From assembly GCA_002269645.1 (NCBI GenBank), contig NIVC01001210.1, positions 1-64,000 of the forward strand: a stretch of DNA of 64,000 bases. Direction: 5' to 3'. This document shows, one piece after another, positions 40,192 through 53,310 of this stretch; the stretch's first letter is position 1, and every line of letters starts with the position of its first letter. Source of the stretch: Macrostomum lignano (taxonomy: Eukaryota). The notes below the pieces were generated by a model that did no database searches, had not been told where the DNA came from, and saw only the letters and a program-made list of their open reading frames with translations. The position numbers were made by a program, and so were the translations under genes.

Positions 40192-43100
40192 TTGCTCAAG
40201 CCGATTCTGGATACTCTGCACTGTTACTTCCGCTTCCTGGCGGGCTTCACTCTGCAGCAGCCAATTGAAGAGCAGCTGCGCACACCGGCTCAGCTAGCCT
40301 ACATCAAGGAGCTGCTCAATGGCAGACTGTTTGCTCCTAGTAGCAGTAGCGGCGGCAGCGCAGGTGGGCTCAGCTTCGATCCCGAGCGGTGCTCCGTCCT
40401 GCTGCTGCACGCGGGCCCGATTCGTCGGGAGAGTCAACAGCCGGCCGCTTCCTCGTCGATGCTGGCAGCTGCGGCTAGCGGCAACGACGCGCCAAGGATT
40501 GGCGGCGGCGTTTCGGAGATGGATTCGTCAGTCATGTCGATGTCGGACGTTGACGACGATCTTGACGACGATCAGCGTGGGCCGCTTCGATTGAATAAAA
40601 TCGCCGACCTCAGCGGCGTCGGGCCCTGTCTGGAGCCGCCGGCTACGCCTGCCGATGGACTCGGCGACGATCCCGATGCTGCGCAGGCGACGACTCGATG
40701 GCCAGCCTGGCCGACCAGCTGAGCGCCCGGCTGCCCTTCAGGCCGCTCAGCCTCGCCGCGGCCAATGTCGCCCTGGCCGAGCGGGCCGCCGCCCTGGCCG
40801 GTGGCAGCGGCGTCCAGCAACAGGTCTGTTGTGTTCATGACCCTCTGTTGTGGTTATGACCCTGTTGTGTTTATGACCCTCTGTGTGTTTATGACCCTCT
40901 ATTGTGTTTACGACCCTCTGTGTGTTTTTGACCCTCTGTTGTGTTTATGACCCTCTGTTGTGTTTACGACCCTCTGTGTGTTTTTGACCCTCTGTTGTGT
41001 TTATGACCCTCTGTTGTGTTTATGATCCTCTGTTGTGTTTATGATCCTCTGTTGTGTTTATGAGCCTCGGTAAGCTTTTCCCACCCTCAACCTTTGCAGT
41101 CTTATTATATTATCCTTTCTGAAGTACTCAAGATCTGTATAATACTATTAAGTATGAGCCTTAATTAACTGGCATATGGCAACTCTCCGCGCACTGCTCA
41201 GCAGGTCATTCTGGCGCTCTGCTTGGCCGAGTCTCCCACCGACCCGCTGCTCCGCGGCCTCATTGTGGAGCCGAGCAGGCGGGCCACCGTTGCTGCCGCC
41301 TCAACTGCTCAACCGCCTGCCCAGCAGCCGCCGAAGACTCAGCAGGTTCGAATTCTCAGCCTGCGAGAACTGGACTGCGCTCAACCGCGAGACCGCCTGC
41401 CCAGCCTCGATGAGCTGCTTGATCGACTCGCCGGAGCGCCGCTGCTGCCCGCGCCGCAGTTCGACGTCCGCGCCACCTACCTGCTGTTCAGCTCCGGCGA
41501 TCACGACGGCACCCAGGTGACGTTCTGCGCCACTTATCCCGGAGTTCATTGTGCCAGGCTGTTCGAGCCGCCTCCCAGGCTGTGCAATCCGCTCGGCTGT
41601 TTAAGCGTGCGGCCTCGGCCCTGGTTACCGGGCAGCTGTGCCAGGTACCTGGCTGCCCACCTGGCCGTGTTGAAACAGCTCCACGGAGCCGTTGAACGAG
41701 AGGAGCGCGTCTGGAGTCTCACTGGTCGGGCTGCTGGCACTTTTCAAAGCTTTGCTACTCGATTGGCTGGACTGCTCAGGTGAGTCAGGCTTTGATGGTT
41801 CTGTCAGATCGATAATTGGCTGACATTGATTTTGTCAGATTTACATTTTTGTTGGCATTTGTTTTGCCAGATTTATTCAATGTGTCAAATCAACAAGCCT
41901 ATGATTGTCAGTCAGGCATTTGATTGTCAGCCAATGTCATGTCAGACCCATGCAATTGTCAGACGATGTCATGTAAGACCCATGCAATTGTCAGACGATG
42001 TCATGTCAGACCAATGCAATTGTCAGACGATGTCATGTCAGACCCATGCAATTGTCAGACGATGTCATGTCAGACCAATGCAATTGTCAGACGATGTCAT
42101 GTCAGACCCATGCAATTGTCAGACGATGTCATGTCAGACCCATGCAATTGTCAGACGATGTCATGTCAGACCCATGCAATTGTCAGACGATGTCATGTCA
42201 GACCCATGCAATTGTCAGACGATGTCATGTCAGACCCATGCAATTGTCAGACGATGTCATGTCAGACCCATGCAATTGTCAGACGATGTCATGTCAGACC
42301 CATGCAATTGTCAGACTATGTCATGTCAGACCCATGCAATTGTTAGACGATGTCAGGCCGCCAGTACCAAAAAAGCTACGCCCAAATCCCGCAGGTCACT
42401 GAACATCGAGGTGCCGCCTCAGCTGTTGTCAGCGGCCGAGGCCGGCAGCGGAGGTGGTGCAGACGCTCAGCCGCTTGGCGACCTGACGAACAACTTGAAC
42501 AACGCTTCAGTAGTGAGTCATCTGCCCACCGGCCACTCCGCCGCCCCGTCCGCCAACGCCGCCGTCGCTGCGGCTGCCGCTGCCGCTGCCGCTTCCGGCG
42601 GCGGCATTGAAGAAGAATTCGAAGCGGATGGCGACGGCGAGATTTGTCGATTGCTGCGCAGTAGAAAACCGGATTTGGTTGAGCTGCTTTGGCTGCTGGC
42701 CAGGGATGTGCAGTGCGCCGCCAGTCTCAGGCGCTGCTTTGAGCTCTACCTGCGGGTGGTCAACACCTGCTCGGGTGAGTTCCGTAGCTTAGAAAGGTCT
42801 AATCTCTGGGCATCTCCTTTGTTATCTCACTGAATCAGTTTATCTCTGGCATCCTCCATTAACAGCTTTGAGAATCTCTATCGACAGTTCTGGAAGTCCC
42901 TATTCGTAGACTTAGAAATACCTCACGACATCTCTGGGAATCCCCATCCACATCCCTGGGAATCCCCATCCACATCCCTGGGAATCCCCATCCACATCCC
43001 TGGGAATCCCCATCCACATCCCTGGGAATCCCCACCCACATCCCTGGGAATCCCAATCGACATTTTTGGGAATCCCTATCGACATCTTTGGGAATCCCTA

Positions 43101-45417
43101 TCGAAATTTGTGGGAATCCCCATCCAGATCTCTGGGAATCCCTATCGACATTTTTGAGAATCCCTATCGACATTTTTGGGAATCCCTATCGACATCGTTA
43201 GGAATCCCTATCAACATCTTTGGGAATCCCTATCAACATCTTTTGGAATCCCTATCGACATCTTTGGGAATCCCTATCGAAATTTGTGGGAATCCCCATC
43301 CAAATCTCTGGGAACCCCATCCACATCCCTGGGAATCCCTATCGACATTTTTGGGAATCCCTATCGACATTTTTGGGAATCCCTATCGAAATTTGTGGGA
43401 ATCCCCATCTAGATCTCTGGGAACCCCATCCACATCCCTGGGAATCCCTATCGACATTTTTGAGAATCCCTATCGACATTTTTGGGAATCCCTATCGACA
43501 TCGTTAGGAATCCCTATCAACATCTTTGGGAATCCCTATCAACATCTTTGGGAATCCCTATCGACATCTTTGGGAATCCCTATCGACATCTTTGGGAATC
43601 CCTATCAACATCATTAAGAAATCCCTATCGATCCCTATCTTTGGAAATCCCTATGGAAATTTGTGGGAATCCCCATCCACATCCCTGGGAATCCCCATCC
43701 ACATCCCTGGGAATCCCTATTAAAATTTTTGGAATCCTCATCCACATACCTGGGAATCCCCATCCACATACCTGGAACTCCCTACCTACATCTCTTGGAA
43801 TCCCCATCCACATCATCTCTGGGAATCCCTATCGAAATTTGTAGGAATCCCCATCCACATCCCAATCGACATCTTTGGAATTCCCAGCAGTAACTCAGGA
43901 AATCTTCTCTAATACCCCAAAATGTGATGTCAGTTTGCAGTGTAGCTGTTCCCCCTTTAAGGCTTTCGCTCCGCCTACCAGCTGCACCAGCGCAACTGGA
44001 CCCAGCTGGCCCGCTGCGTGCGCTCCCAACAGTCCAGCCTGGACTCATTCAGCTGCCCGCATCTGCTGCTGCAACTGGGCGCCTATCGGCTGCAAGAGAG
44101 CCTGGTGCACCTGCTGGTGTGCGCCCACCCCATGCTGGACACCCAGCAGCTGGCCGAGTTCGCCGCCGGCCCAGCTTTCGATTGCGCCATCCCGGCCCGG
44201 CTGGAGCGGCTGGACCGCCTGCTGCACCTCTGCGAGGCCGCCTTCTCTCTGGCTAGGAGTTGCCTGCCGGCCGCCAGGTGAGACAGACGCTAAGGCAGAC
44301 AGACAACTGCAGACACTACAAAAACGACAGACACTATAAAAACTACAGGCTACAGAAACTACAGCGACTAAAGGCACTACAGACAATGAAAGAAAGGGAC
44401 GGACACAAAAATGGTCACTGAGACATCAGACACTAAGACAGACACTAGGACAGACACTAAGGCAGACACTAAGGCAGACACTAAGGCAGATACTGCAACA
44501 GACACTAAGGCAGACACTAAGACAGACACTAGGACAGACACTAAGACAGACACTAAGGCAGACACTAGGACAGACACTAAGGCAGACACTAAGGCAGACA
44601 CTAAGGCAGACACTAAGGCAGACACTAAGGCAGACACTAGGACAGACACTAAGGCAGACACTAAGGCAGACACTAAGGCAGACACTAAGGCAGACACTAA
44701 GGCAGACACTAAGACAGACACTAGGACAGACACTAAGGCAGACACTAAGACAGACACTGCAACAGACACTAAGGCAGACACTAAGGCAGATACTGCAACA
44801 GACACTAAGACAGACACTAAGGCAGACACTAGGACAGACACTAAGGCAGACACTAAGACAGACACTAAGGCAGACACTAGGACAGACACTAAGGCAGACA
44901 CTAAGGCAGACACTAAGACAGACACTAGGACAGACACTAAGGCAGACACTAAGGCAGACACTAAGACAGACACTAGGACAGACACTAAGGCAGACACTAA
45001 GGCAGATACTAAGGCAGACACTAAGCCAGATACCCTTGCTCCCCCCTCAGAGTGGGCAAGCTCGTGCGCGAATTCCTGAGCCTGCTGGCAGCCGGCCGGG
45101 GCAACCACTTGGAATTCACCGCCGACGTCGAAGCCAACGAAGCCGGCTGTGAGCTGCCGCTGCGCTGGGAGCTGCTGGCCGACCAGCGCGCCGGCCGGGC
45201 CTGCCAGGCCAGCCGCGTCGTTATCGAGGCCTGCCGACGTCGCCGCTTCCGTCAGCGCGCCGGCCGTCAAGTTGGCAAGATTGACGACATCATTGACGGC
45301 GACTGCGGTGTCGTCGGAGCCGGCGCTGCCGCCGTCTACCGCTGCTCGGTGGGCACCGACTGCCGACTGGCCGCGCGCTCCGGCGGCGCCCTGCCCGCCG
45401 ATGTTGTCGACGAATGA
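40192..45417 (+). CDS. ZWILCH: ZWILCH-like kinetochore (RZZ complex) protein; start codon not resolved
   Basis: Exons about 40192-40823, 41205-41779, 42347-42774, 43962-44277, 45051-45417. Collinear resemblance, from memory of human Zwilch, to: VRATYLLF ~ FAQYELF; PDLVELLW...SLRRCF ~ DFTEQLW...DLVKCF; LLLQLGAYRL ~ MLLEIGLDKL; RLERLDRLLHLCE ~ RVQKLHHILE. One frameshift about 40689. No database search run. Confidence 0.68.
40826..41068. repeat. 17-19 bp minisatellite (gtttatgaccctctgttgt) in a ZWILCH intron
   Basis: Visible tandem units starting right at the donor. Confidence 0.9.
41925..42356. repeat. 32-bp minisatellite (atgtcatgtcagacccatgcaattgtcagacg) in a ZWILCH intron
   Basis: Visible tandem units; the last unit supplies the in-phase splice acceptor. 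Confidence 0.93.
42930..43880. repeat. 21-22 bp minisatellite (gggaatccctatcgacatttt / gggaatccccatccacatccct) in a ZWILCH intron
   Basis: Visible tandem units. Confidence 0.93.
44420..45030. repeat. 12-bp minisatellite (cagacactaagg) in a ZWILCH intron
   Basis: Visible tandem units; source of the DTKA and VSAL ORFs. Confidence 0.95.
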
Positions 45418-45781
45418 CAAAATGAAGATTGGTCCTATAGAAATTTGTGCTTTACAAAGTTAACTACGCAACATATCGTTAGTTTAAAAAATCCTTATGT
45501 CTATCGCAGTCGAAAGCTTCAGAAACTTTATTATAACTCAACCAGCTGTTTGCCAACTCATTAACGCATACAACGTGTTGCATTTTGTTATAATTTATTT
45601 AACTAAAGCTATAATAGGTTTGCAATTATTATACTATTTTTATTACAATTTTTGCATTTTTGTTTACCTTCTATTTTGGTTCATTCTAGCAACATAATAT
45701 TTATGGGTTTGACGATTTCTAATCTGCAGTCTATGCGCTTAATTTATTTATCTGTATCTACGGTTAGCTTTTCTCTGCCAG

Positions 45782-46365
45782 ATTTGCTCGCTCTATTCTT
45801 TACCTGCGCATGATTCGGGAATCGCATTGAAAGGTTAACACCGAGACGGTCACAACTCAATAATTAATGCTCTTGTTGTCTGTGTGTCATTTTGTCTCTT
45901 AAAATCTAGATTTGTTAATTTAGCTGACTGGCTATCCAGCCACAGTATAGTTTACCCAGACGCAGCTATCTATCAATTGGGTAAAAGCCGCATAGCTTGA
46001 TGTAGATGCAAATTAGCCGACCGTTTTTCCCAATTCATGTCCGAATGCGCCTCAGCCTCTCTCTGTTCGCCCCAGTTGGCCAGGAGTTGAAGCGCGGCCG
46101 CTTGGGCCCGCACTATCCTCGGCTGCGCAGAAGCTACCGCATGCTAGCTGGCGTGGCCTTCGTTGGCTGCAGCTGCATAGCCGTATATGTCGGCAGTCTG
46201 TTGCGCGCAGACGTGGCCGCAGCCATTGACGAGGCGGAAGCCTTGCGAAGACTGGAACGCGAATTTTCTAGCGGTCGGGATCGATCACTGGATGCCGGGC
46301 CCTTCAAAACTCCGCTGCACTTTCGGCTGAGCAATGCGGTTGACGAAGATATTAAGATTCGCTAA
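45782..46365 (+). CDS. Putative small single-pass membrane protein of unknown family
   Basis: Candidate exons 45782-45833 and 46076-46365 join in phase (LK V|GQELKR). GC-rich coding-like composition; hydrophobic stretch MLAGVAFVGCSCIAVYVGSLL followed by helical AIDEAEALRRLEREF. First in-frame ATG is 46141. Confidence 0.5.
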
Positions 46366-48904
46366 TAAGACGAATAATTAATTCGTTCTAATCGTACTTT
46401 TTAGCTCGTATTACGTATGTAAAAGTCATTCGCGAAGTAGCTTAATACTAAAGCAGCAACACATGTTGTATATATAAATAACATTAAATTTGCCACTATT
46501 CTATTCAAGTCCATGGAATGTACATGCTTGCAAAAAATACATATCCTCGTGCACGTTGACTTTAGCTAAAAGTGGATGCATGTCAAATTGGATTTGGATT
46601 TGCTATCTATACAGTCTATACATTTATACAGAAACTTCTTTTCTTAGCTATATATTATATTTTGATATCAATTAGTGCTGAGCTGAAGTAATTTCCCTCC
46701 TTTCCTAGCCTATAGATCATAAGCAACATTACGTAATAACAAACAAAACGTGTTATCAAAACAGCACTGCAACTTGTCGCAACAGATGTGTTAAAACGGG
46801 TTAAAAAATAAAAAAGTGGGTAATTGCGATTAAACCTGGGAAATAAAGTAATTTTTAAAGCATTTAATGATCGATTAGCTTTTTTCATAAAAGTTATTGT
46901 TGTCATTCAGCGTTTTGAAAATAGTTCCGTCCGCGCGGACGAGTATAAAAATATTCCTGATTCATTAAGTCTGTTAATCCTATATAAATAACTATAGGTC
47001 TAATTCACTTATTCATATAATTCATTCAGCTAGCTCTTACCTAACTCCAACTCTGAATAAACATAGCCTAAGTGGCGAGACTTTCGGTGTTAAAACTTTA
47101 TTTTTATAAAAAAACAAAATACACAATTTTTGAATGCAAAACGATTGAAGTGGACGTAAGAATGTTTTATAAAAAACAAATAATTATTTTTTTACTTTAA
47201 AAAATTGTTCGCTTTGCCTTTTTTAAAAACACCCAGAAGCATTACTTTGCATATTTTAATTACAACATCTGCATTTCTAGAAATTCCGTCAGTCAGTCAA
47301 CAGTAAGCTGTTCTGAATTATAATGGTTCTTTTTACTTTGTAAAATTATCTACGAGCCTATTGTCTGCAGAAATAATTGACTGCAAGCCAACTGCATGCT
47401 GTAGAATGGCTTTTTAGCACATCCCCAAGCCAATGTTGGCTCGAACAATCGATGACGATGACACGACCGCCGTGCGCCGACCGGGTCGGCCCACTCGAGT
47501 AATTGTAATTGTAATGCAAATTGTAATTTTGAAGTAGATAAAATGTAAATTGTAAGATGTAATTATATTGCTTATAGAAAATTATTGTACAAACGATTGA
47601 TTATTGTTATCTGGAACTGTTAGGCAATCTTTAAGATATGCACTAGGCCTAGGCTAGGCCTACCATATAAGCAGCTATGCATACCCCCCATAGGCAGTTG
47701 TTATTGCAGGCAATTTTCGCTGCATGCCATTAGCATTGCTTGCAGGCAATTTTGAACTAGCAATTGTGAATTTGATTAAACTGATTTAATTTAACTATAA
47801 ATTTAGTTTAAAAAATGCAGTTCTTGTCATGCACATCAAACAAGTGACAAGAATCAAGATTAGCCTAAATGCTTATAAAGATGTCATAGGCCCCCGAAGT
47901 GACAGAAGGTAAACCCCAAACCCAAAACACTGACTCTGAACCCAAAACCCAACCTGGACCCTGTACCTGGAACCCGGAACTCCACCTGGACCGGACCTAA
48001 ACCTACCCAACCAACCCTAAACTTTTCCTAAAAGGAGAATATTTTATCTTAGGCTTTTTGTAATAATCTTTTAAGAATGACAATTGAAGGGAGTTACTCA
48101 TCCTAAGGTACCTCTAGTAGTCTACTTCTTGTTCTCATTTTTAGTTCTGACTCTAACTCCTAGGTCTATTCTAGTTATTAGCTCAAGTCTTTAGTCCTTT
48201 CTTCTCTATAATCTAATCTAACTTCTTAAGATCTTATTCAGTTATTCTTAGCATTGACTTTAATATCTACTTAGAGGAGGGGCTATCATAATGTTTACCA
48301 ACTTAGGTTTAAATTGTCATTGTTAGTGCAATATTTGAATCTAGCTTAATGAAAAATTGAAAAAATAGGTTTATATAGGCCTAGGCCTATCTTTAAGTTT
48401 TAAATTAAAAACAGGCCCCTACTCCAAAAAAACGACCATTAATTATTATTATAATTAATAATTAGACCCTATTGCATAGCATAGGTTTAACCAAATTGGG
48501 GACTATATATAATGGGTGCAATTAAGAAGACAGCAATTGGCATTGATAAGCAATCTAACTATATTAAATGTCTAAGATTTTTCTTCCTATTATCCTTTAT
48601 CCTATATACTAAAAATGGTTTGTCAATAGGTAGGTACCTATGTGATAGATTGAAGAAAAAATGGCTTAACTGATTTTCATAAGACTTGCATTGTTTAATT
48701 AGAAATTTTTCTATGATAGTACATATGTCTTGACTATGAAATTGCTTATTGCTAAAGGGATTAAATATTCAAAAAACATGCTTTTAGCAAAAGTCAAGCA
48801 AACTTTTTGACTTGAAATGCATTGTAAGAATGCTAGGCCTAGAGAAAAAACTGACTGGTTGAATTCTGATTCTAAAATAGATTGTATCATAACTGAATTA
48901 TAAC

Positions 48905-49670
48905 TAGGGATTGCAAATCCCAGCTGTTCTACAATCCCAGGATCCCAAACTAAGCAATGACTCAATCCCAGGATCCTGGACCCAATCCCAAGATTGACAT
49001 TTTAAATATTTATGCCAATAGAATGCTAGAAAACCTGCTTTTTTAAAAACATTTTTAAAAGTAATAACTTTTTTATTTGATTTTACTTTAAAAACAAGAA
49101 CACAGATGTGTAAAGCAGTAAAAGTGTGTAATACATTTTATATTTCTCAACTATTATTGAGTTATTAATAGCATTATTGAGTATGTATTATCTAATATAT
49201 AATGGTCTCTTTTCTTGTTTTGTTATTTTCTACACTTGTAACTTAGGAGCTCGTAATCGTAATACATGCATGTAAAATTATTTCCCAGTCCTTTTATGCT
49301 TTTATCAATGCTTTTCAATGCTTTTATGTATATAACACAAAGTACACAACCCTACAAGTCACACAAGTAGTCAAATACACAAACACAACACTAGTTTGAG
49401 ACTTGGATGTATTGTATGTATTGTATAATTTGTATTGTATCACGATTCGAGAATCAAGAGTCATGTCACGATCATGACTCATGATCACAATGCGCAAATG
49501 TTACTTGTGTCATGTATTTAAAATACAAACATTTTGATATTTCCGGGATATTACCCACTTTATCAAAAAAATTTCCAATTCTAGGATCCCAAGCCCCTAA
49601 TCCTAGGATTCTGTTAGGCCAAAAAGTGTCTAGGATCCCGGGATTTCGGATCCTGGGATTGCAATCCCTA
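48905..49670. mobile_element. hAT-type MITE, 766 bp
   Basis: TIRs TAGGGATTGCAA(A)TCCCAG and CTGGGATTGCAATCCCTA; 8-bp flanks ATTATAAC (48897-48904) and ATTGTAAC (49671-49678), one mismatch; GGATCC-rich subterminal repeats. Confidence 0.8.
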
Positions 49671-49994
49671 ATTGTAACTCTGACTTGAATTAAAAATGCA
49701 ATGTGGAAGCATAGTACCAGACTTGATTTAGATCGTGTAACTATATTGTTAACTGATACTGACTGAGACTGAGAAATTGATTATGTCATAACTGCTTTGT
49801 GTGATTTACTTGATGCTTGGAGTTTAAAGTGTTGAATTGTATAAGTGCTAAATTTCATGCTATCAAAATGATGAGAGCTAGTGTAGAGAAGAACAAACTG
49901 AATTTCTAAATGCAACGACAATGGTTCAACTTTTCATAAAGTAGAATTTTTTTTAATTAAAGCTTTTTAATGTCAGGAAAACTAAGACTTTTTA

Positions 49995-50610
49995 AAAAGA
50001 AGTGTCATGTAAAAATCATGGAAGTGTCATATAAAAAATCATAGAAACATCATATAAACAATCATAGAAGCATCATAAAAAATCATAGAAGTGTCATGTA
50101 AAAAATCATAAAAGCGTCATGTAAACAATCATAGAAGCGTCATTACAGACAATCATAGAAGTGTCATAAAAATCATAGAAGAATCATGTAAATAATCATA
50201 AAAGCATCATAAAAATCATAAAAGCATCATGTAAAAAATCAGAAATGTCATGTAAAAATCATAGAAGCATCATATAAAAAATTATAGAAGTGTCATGTAA
50301 AGAATCAGAAGCGTCATGTAAAAAGTCATAGAAGCATCATGTTAAGAATCAAAAGTTTAATGTAAAAATCATAGAAGCATCATGTAGGCAATCATAGAAC
50401 CATCATATAAAAATCATAGAAACATCATATAAAAAATTATAGAAGCATCATCTAAAGAATCATAGAAGTGTCATGTAAAAAGTTAGAAGCATCATGTAAA
50501 AAATCATAGAAGCTTCATGAAATAATAAAAGAAGTGTCATGTTAGACATGAAAGAAGTGTTGTATAAAAATCAAAAGAAGCATCATTTCAAAATTAAAAG
50601 GAGCATCACT
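49995..50610. repeat. Degenerate about 22-bp minisatellite (aatcatagaagcatcatgtaaa)
   Basis: Visible decayed tandem units. Confidence 0.8.
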
Positions 50611-51499
50611 TAAAACTGTGCTGTGACTCTTGAAAAGAATTACTATGATATCAAGGCTCATGGAGAATAACTGAGATGTAAAGGATTATAGGGGGATTTC
50701 TGAGATGTCAAGGCAAAAGCTAGAAGCTACATGTTTACTTAAATTTTTTATTATATTCTTTGTTGGCTTACCAAGGGGGGGGGCTTATAGAACAAGCATT
50801 GATTCATGTAAAAAAGAGGAAAATAGCTGAGAAGTCAAGACTTGCAAGGGGAATAGCTGAGATGTCAAGGGTCATAGGAGAATAACTGAGATGTTAAGGC
50901 TAAAGTCAAAAGCTACATATAGTTTATTCAAAACTTTATTACATTAATTGTTAGCTCCTCATAGGAGGTTCTCACTGATAGAAAAAGTGTCATGTAAAAA
51001 ATAAAAGAAGTGTCATGTCAAAGTTAAGAGATTCATTTGGGAATCCATATGATGCCAAGGCTTGCAGGGAATTGCTATAATGCTGTAGTGTTATAATACA
51101 ATAACTCTTGGGGAGAATTACTGAAATGTCAATGGGTTAGGGTTAGGTTAGAGTTAGAAGGTTGACAGATTTTTAAAATTTTAAAGCTTATGGGGGCATT
51201 GCTAAGATGCCAAGGGGGGAAGTTGATATGTTAAGGCTTGTGGGGGGAATTGCTGACATGTCAAGGCTTACAAGGGACTGCTAAGGTATATTGCAAAGAG
51301 ACACTACATATAGTTTATTAAAAAAACTTGTACATTTTTGGCTCCCCAATGAGGGGTGCTAATTGCTGGTTGGGGACACTATGAGCAATTGGGTGCAGTT
51401 AAGAAAACTTGGCAGTTGGCATTGATGAGCATTCATAACCCTTACTTCAAGTCACTTATCTATATTGTCAAATTTATTATCTCATAAAAACATTAGTTT

Positions 51500-53310
51500 C
51501 CCAATAATAGTGCTTGATAGGTACAACATTCCTTTTATTTAAAAAAACCTAGCTGCACTAAAGGCATATTCTGAAAAAATGGGGATAGCTGGTGTAGTCA
51601 AATGTAATTTAGCAAGCTCTATTAGCTTGGGAAGGTTAGTGCTATTAGATTTCTAGAATTCACAAACAGGAATTTCAAAGTTTTTCTGGGCCAGGCTTCA
51701 GTACAACAATAGTTGGTTGGTGGCCTTGCAAAGAATCTCTTTTTTCAAGCTGTTTACAGTTGTAATAGATAATCCTGAAGTAGATTCATTGGCCCCACTT
51801 TGGCACTCTTACAGTGTTATTCTGGTAAAATAGCAAAATTGCAAGAACTTGCTGCTACCTTTATTTTGATTTGACTCTTTGGCATTTGACTCTTTGGCTA
51901 ATTCAGATTCACTTTCTTTCGGCTTTGACAACCTTTTGATATCATCAAAAATCATCTGCAAATCAACTCAATTTTGCCCTTTCGATTATTTTGTATATCC
52001 ATCATATTGCATGCCCAGTTTCAAATCTGGCAAAGCAATTATTGTATTGTCCAGGTATGCTACATTAGCTGTTAGGTAGTTTAATCCAAAAAGCATTTCA
52101 GTTGCTAGAGAAAATTGCCTTAAAATTGTCAACAGGAGTGCCAGCTAAATCTTTCATTATGGAAGAGAAACAAACTTCTCAGATCCTTTACCTCAGTGTT
52201 ACTTTTTGATGTATTGTTGAGCTAGTACAGTGTATTCTTGACATTAGCGACATGCTAAAAGAACATAGAGAGCATGTAGAATGTTGAGATCTCTTGTTCT
52301 GACATCCAATGGAAGCAGTAGACTGACTGTCTTGCTTTTCCCAATATACATCAGTGGCAATTATGGAGCATCATAAAAGTTTTGCTATTTGCCTAATTTT
52401 TGTCAATATGCAAGCAACCATGTTGTTAACCTCAGCCTGAGTAGCAACTTCAAGATCTATCTCGGAGTCCAAGTCAGCTGAAATGGGGCCAAGCACACCT
52501 TTTGCTTATTCTAGGATGTTTTCATCCTCGACTTTCATCCATGTTGCCAACAGAGTTGTTTGGAAGCATTGCAAAAAGCGCTTGATATTTCTTTAGCTGT
52601 GTGGCATTCGGTGAAAAATATAAAATTGAAAGTTGTGCTCTAGAGTTTGAAGTAATTGTTCGCAAAGTGGCCTGTGACTATCATGTAGGCATGATTCATT
52701 CTATCAGTCCACATGTCTGTCATGAAATTGATAACATTTGGCATTTTAAGATGCATCTTTAGAAGAGCCACTTGCTCTTCAAATAATGAGGCAACTCAAT
52801 GACTTGGGGCTATATAGCCTAACATAGCCATTGCAATGAAGCCTGTTATGCCTTTTTTATGGAAATCACCAAATGAGTGACCATCTTGGATAATTGCCTT
52901 TATAGCCACCTTGTCCAACCTCTTTACAAAGGCACTAAAAAGTAGATGAGTTCTAGGCTTGATAGGTCCCCTGGTCATAACAGTAATAAGAGTGTTGAAA
53001 AACTACCAATAAGCTTCATTTGCTTCATAGAAGTTAAAGACTTAGGAGCAGAAGACTGCTCATTTTCCTCACTAACTACTGGGCTTAGTATACTAGACTT
53101 GGAAATAGAAGCTAGAACTTTGCTACTAGTACTTTCTTTAGTAGAAAATAGCTTATGTTGACTTTAGCAATGGTTTAACATTGATTTGGTAGAACCATCC
53201 TTTTGAAGCTTAATTTTTGAATTGCACTCCTTACAAATGGCATGCTGTTTATTAGCTACTTTTATAAAATGTTTCCAGATATTAGACTTCATGAATGCAT
53301 GGCAGTGCTG
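51500..53310 (-). pseudogene. Fossil hAT (BED-finger) transposase
   Basis: Minus-strand remnants: BED finger KSNIWKHF...AICKEC (about 53300-53215); LDKVAIKAIIQDGHSFGDFHKKG...GYIAPS; TDMWTD...YMIVTGHF (about 52720-52670); LDVRTR (about 52310-52290). Many stops and indels. Confidence 0.8.

Noticed and set aside
41826-42346. Cys/His-rich metallothionein-like ORFs
   Set aside because: A 32-bp repeat cycling through all three frames; only the portion from 42347 is supported as exon.
44377-45420. 347-aa VSAL-repeat and 222-aa DTKA-repeat ORFs resembling antifreeze or mucin proteins
   Set aside because: Translations of a 12-bp intronic repeat plus the antisense of the last ZWILCH exon.
47400-47560. 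Palindrome gccgacc-g-ggtcggc (47476-47490) followed by (taattg)n
   Set aside because: Looks like an isolated retroelement or Helitron 3' end, but there is no second copy or coding remnant to support a call.
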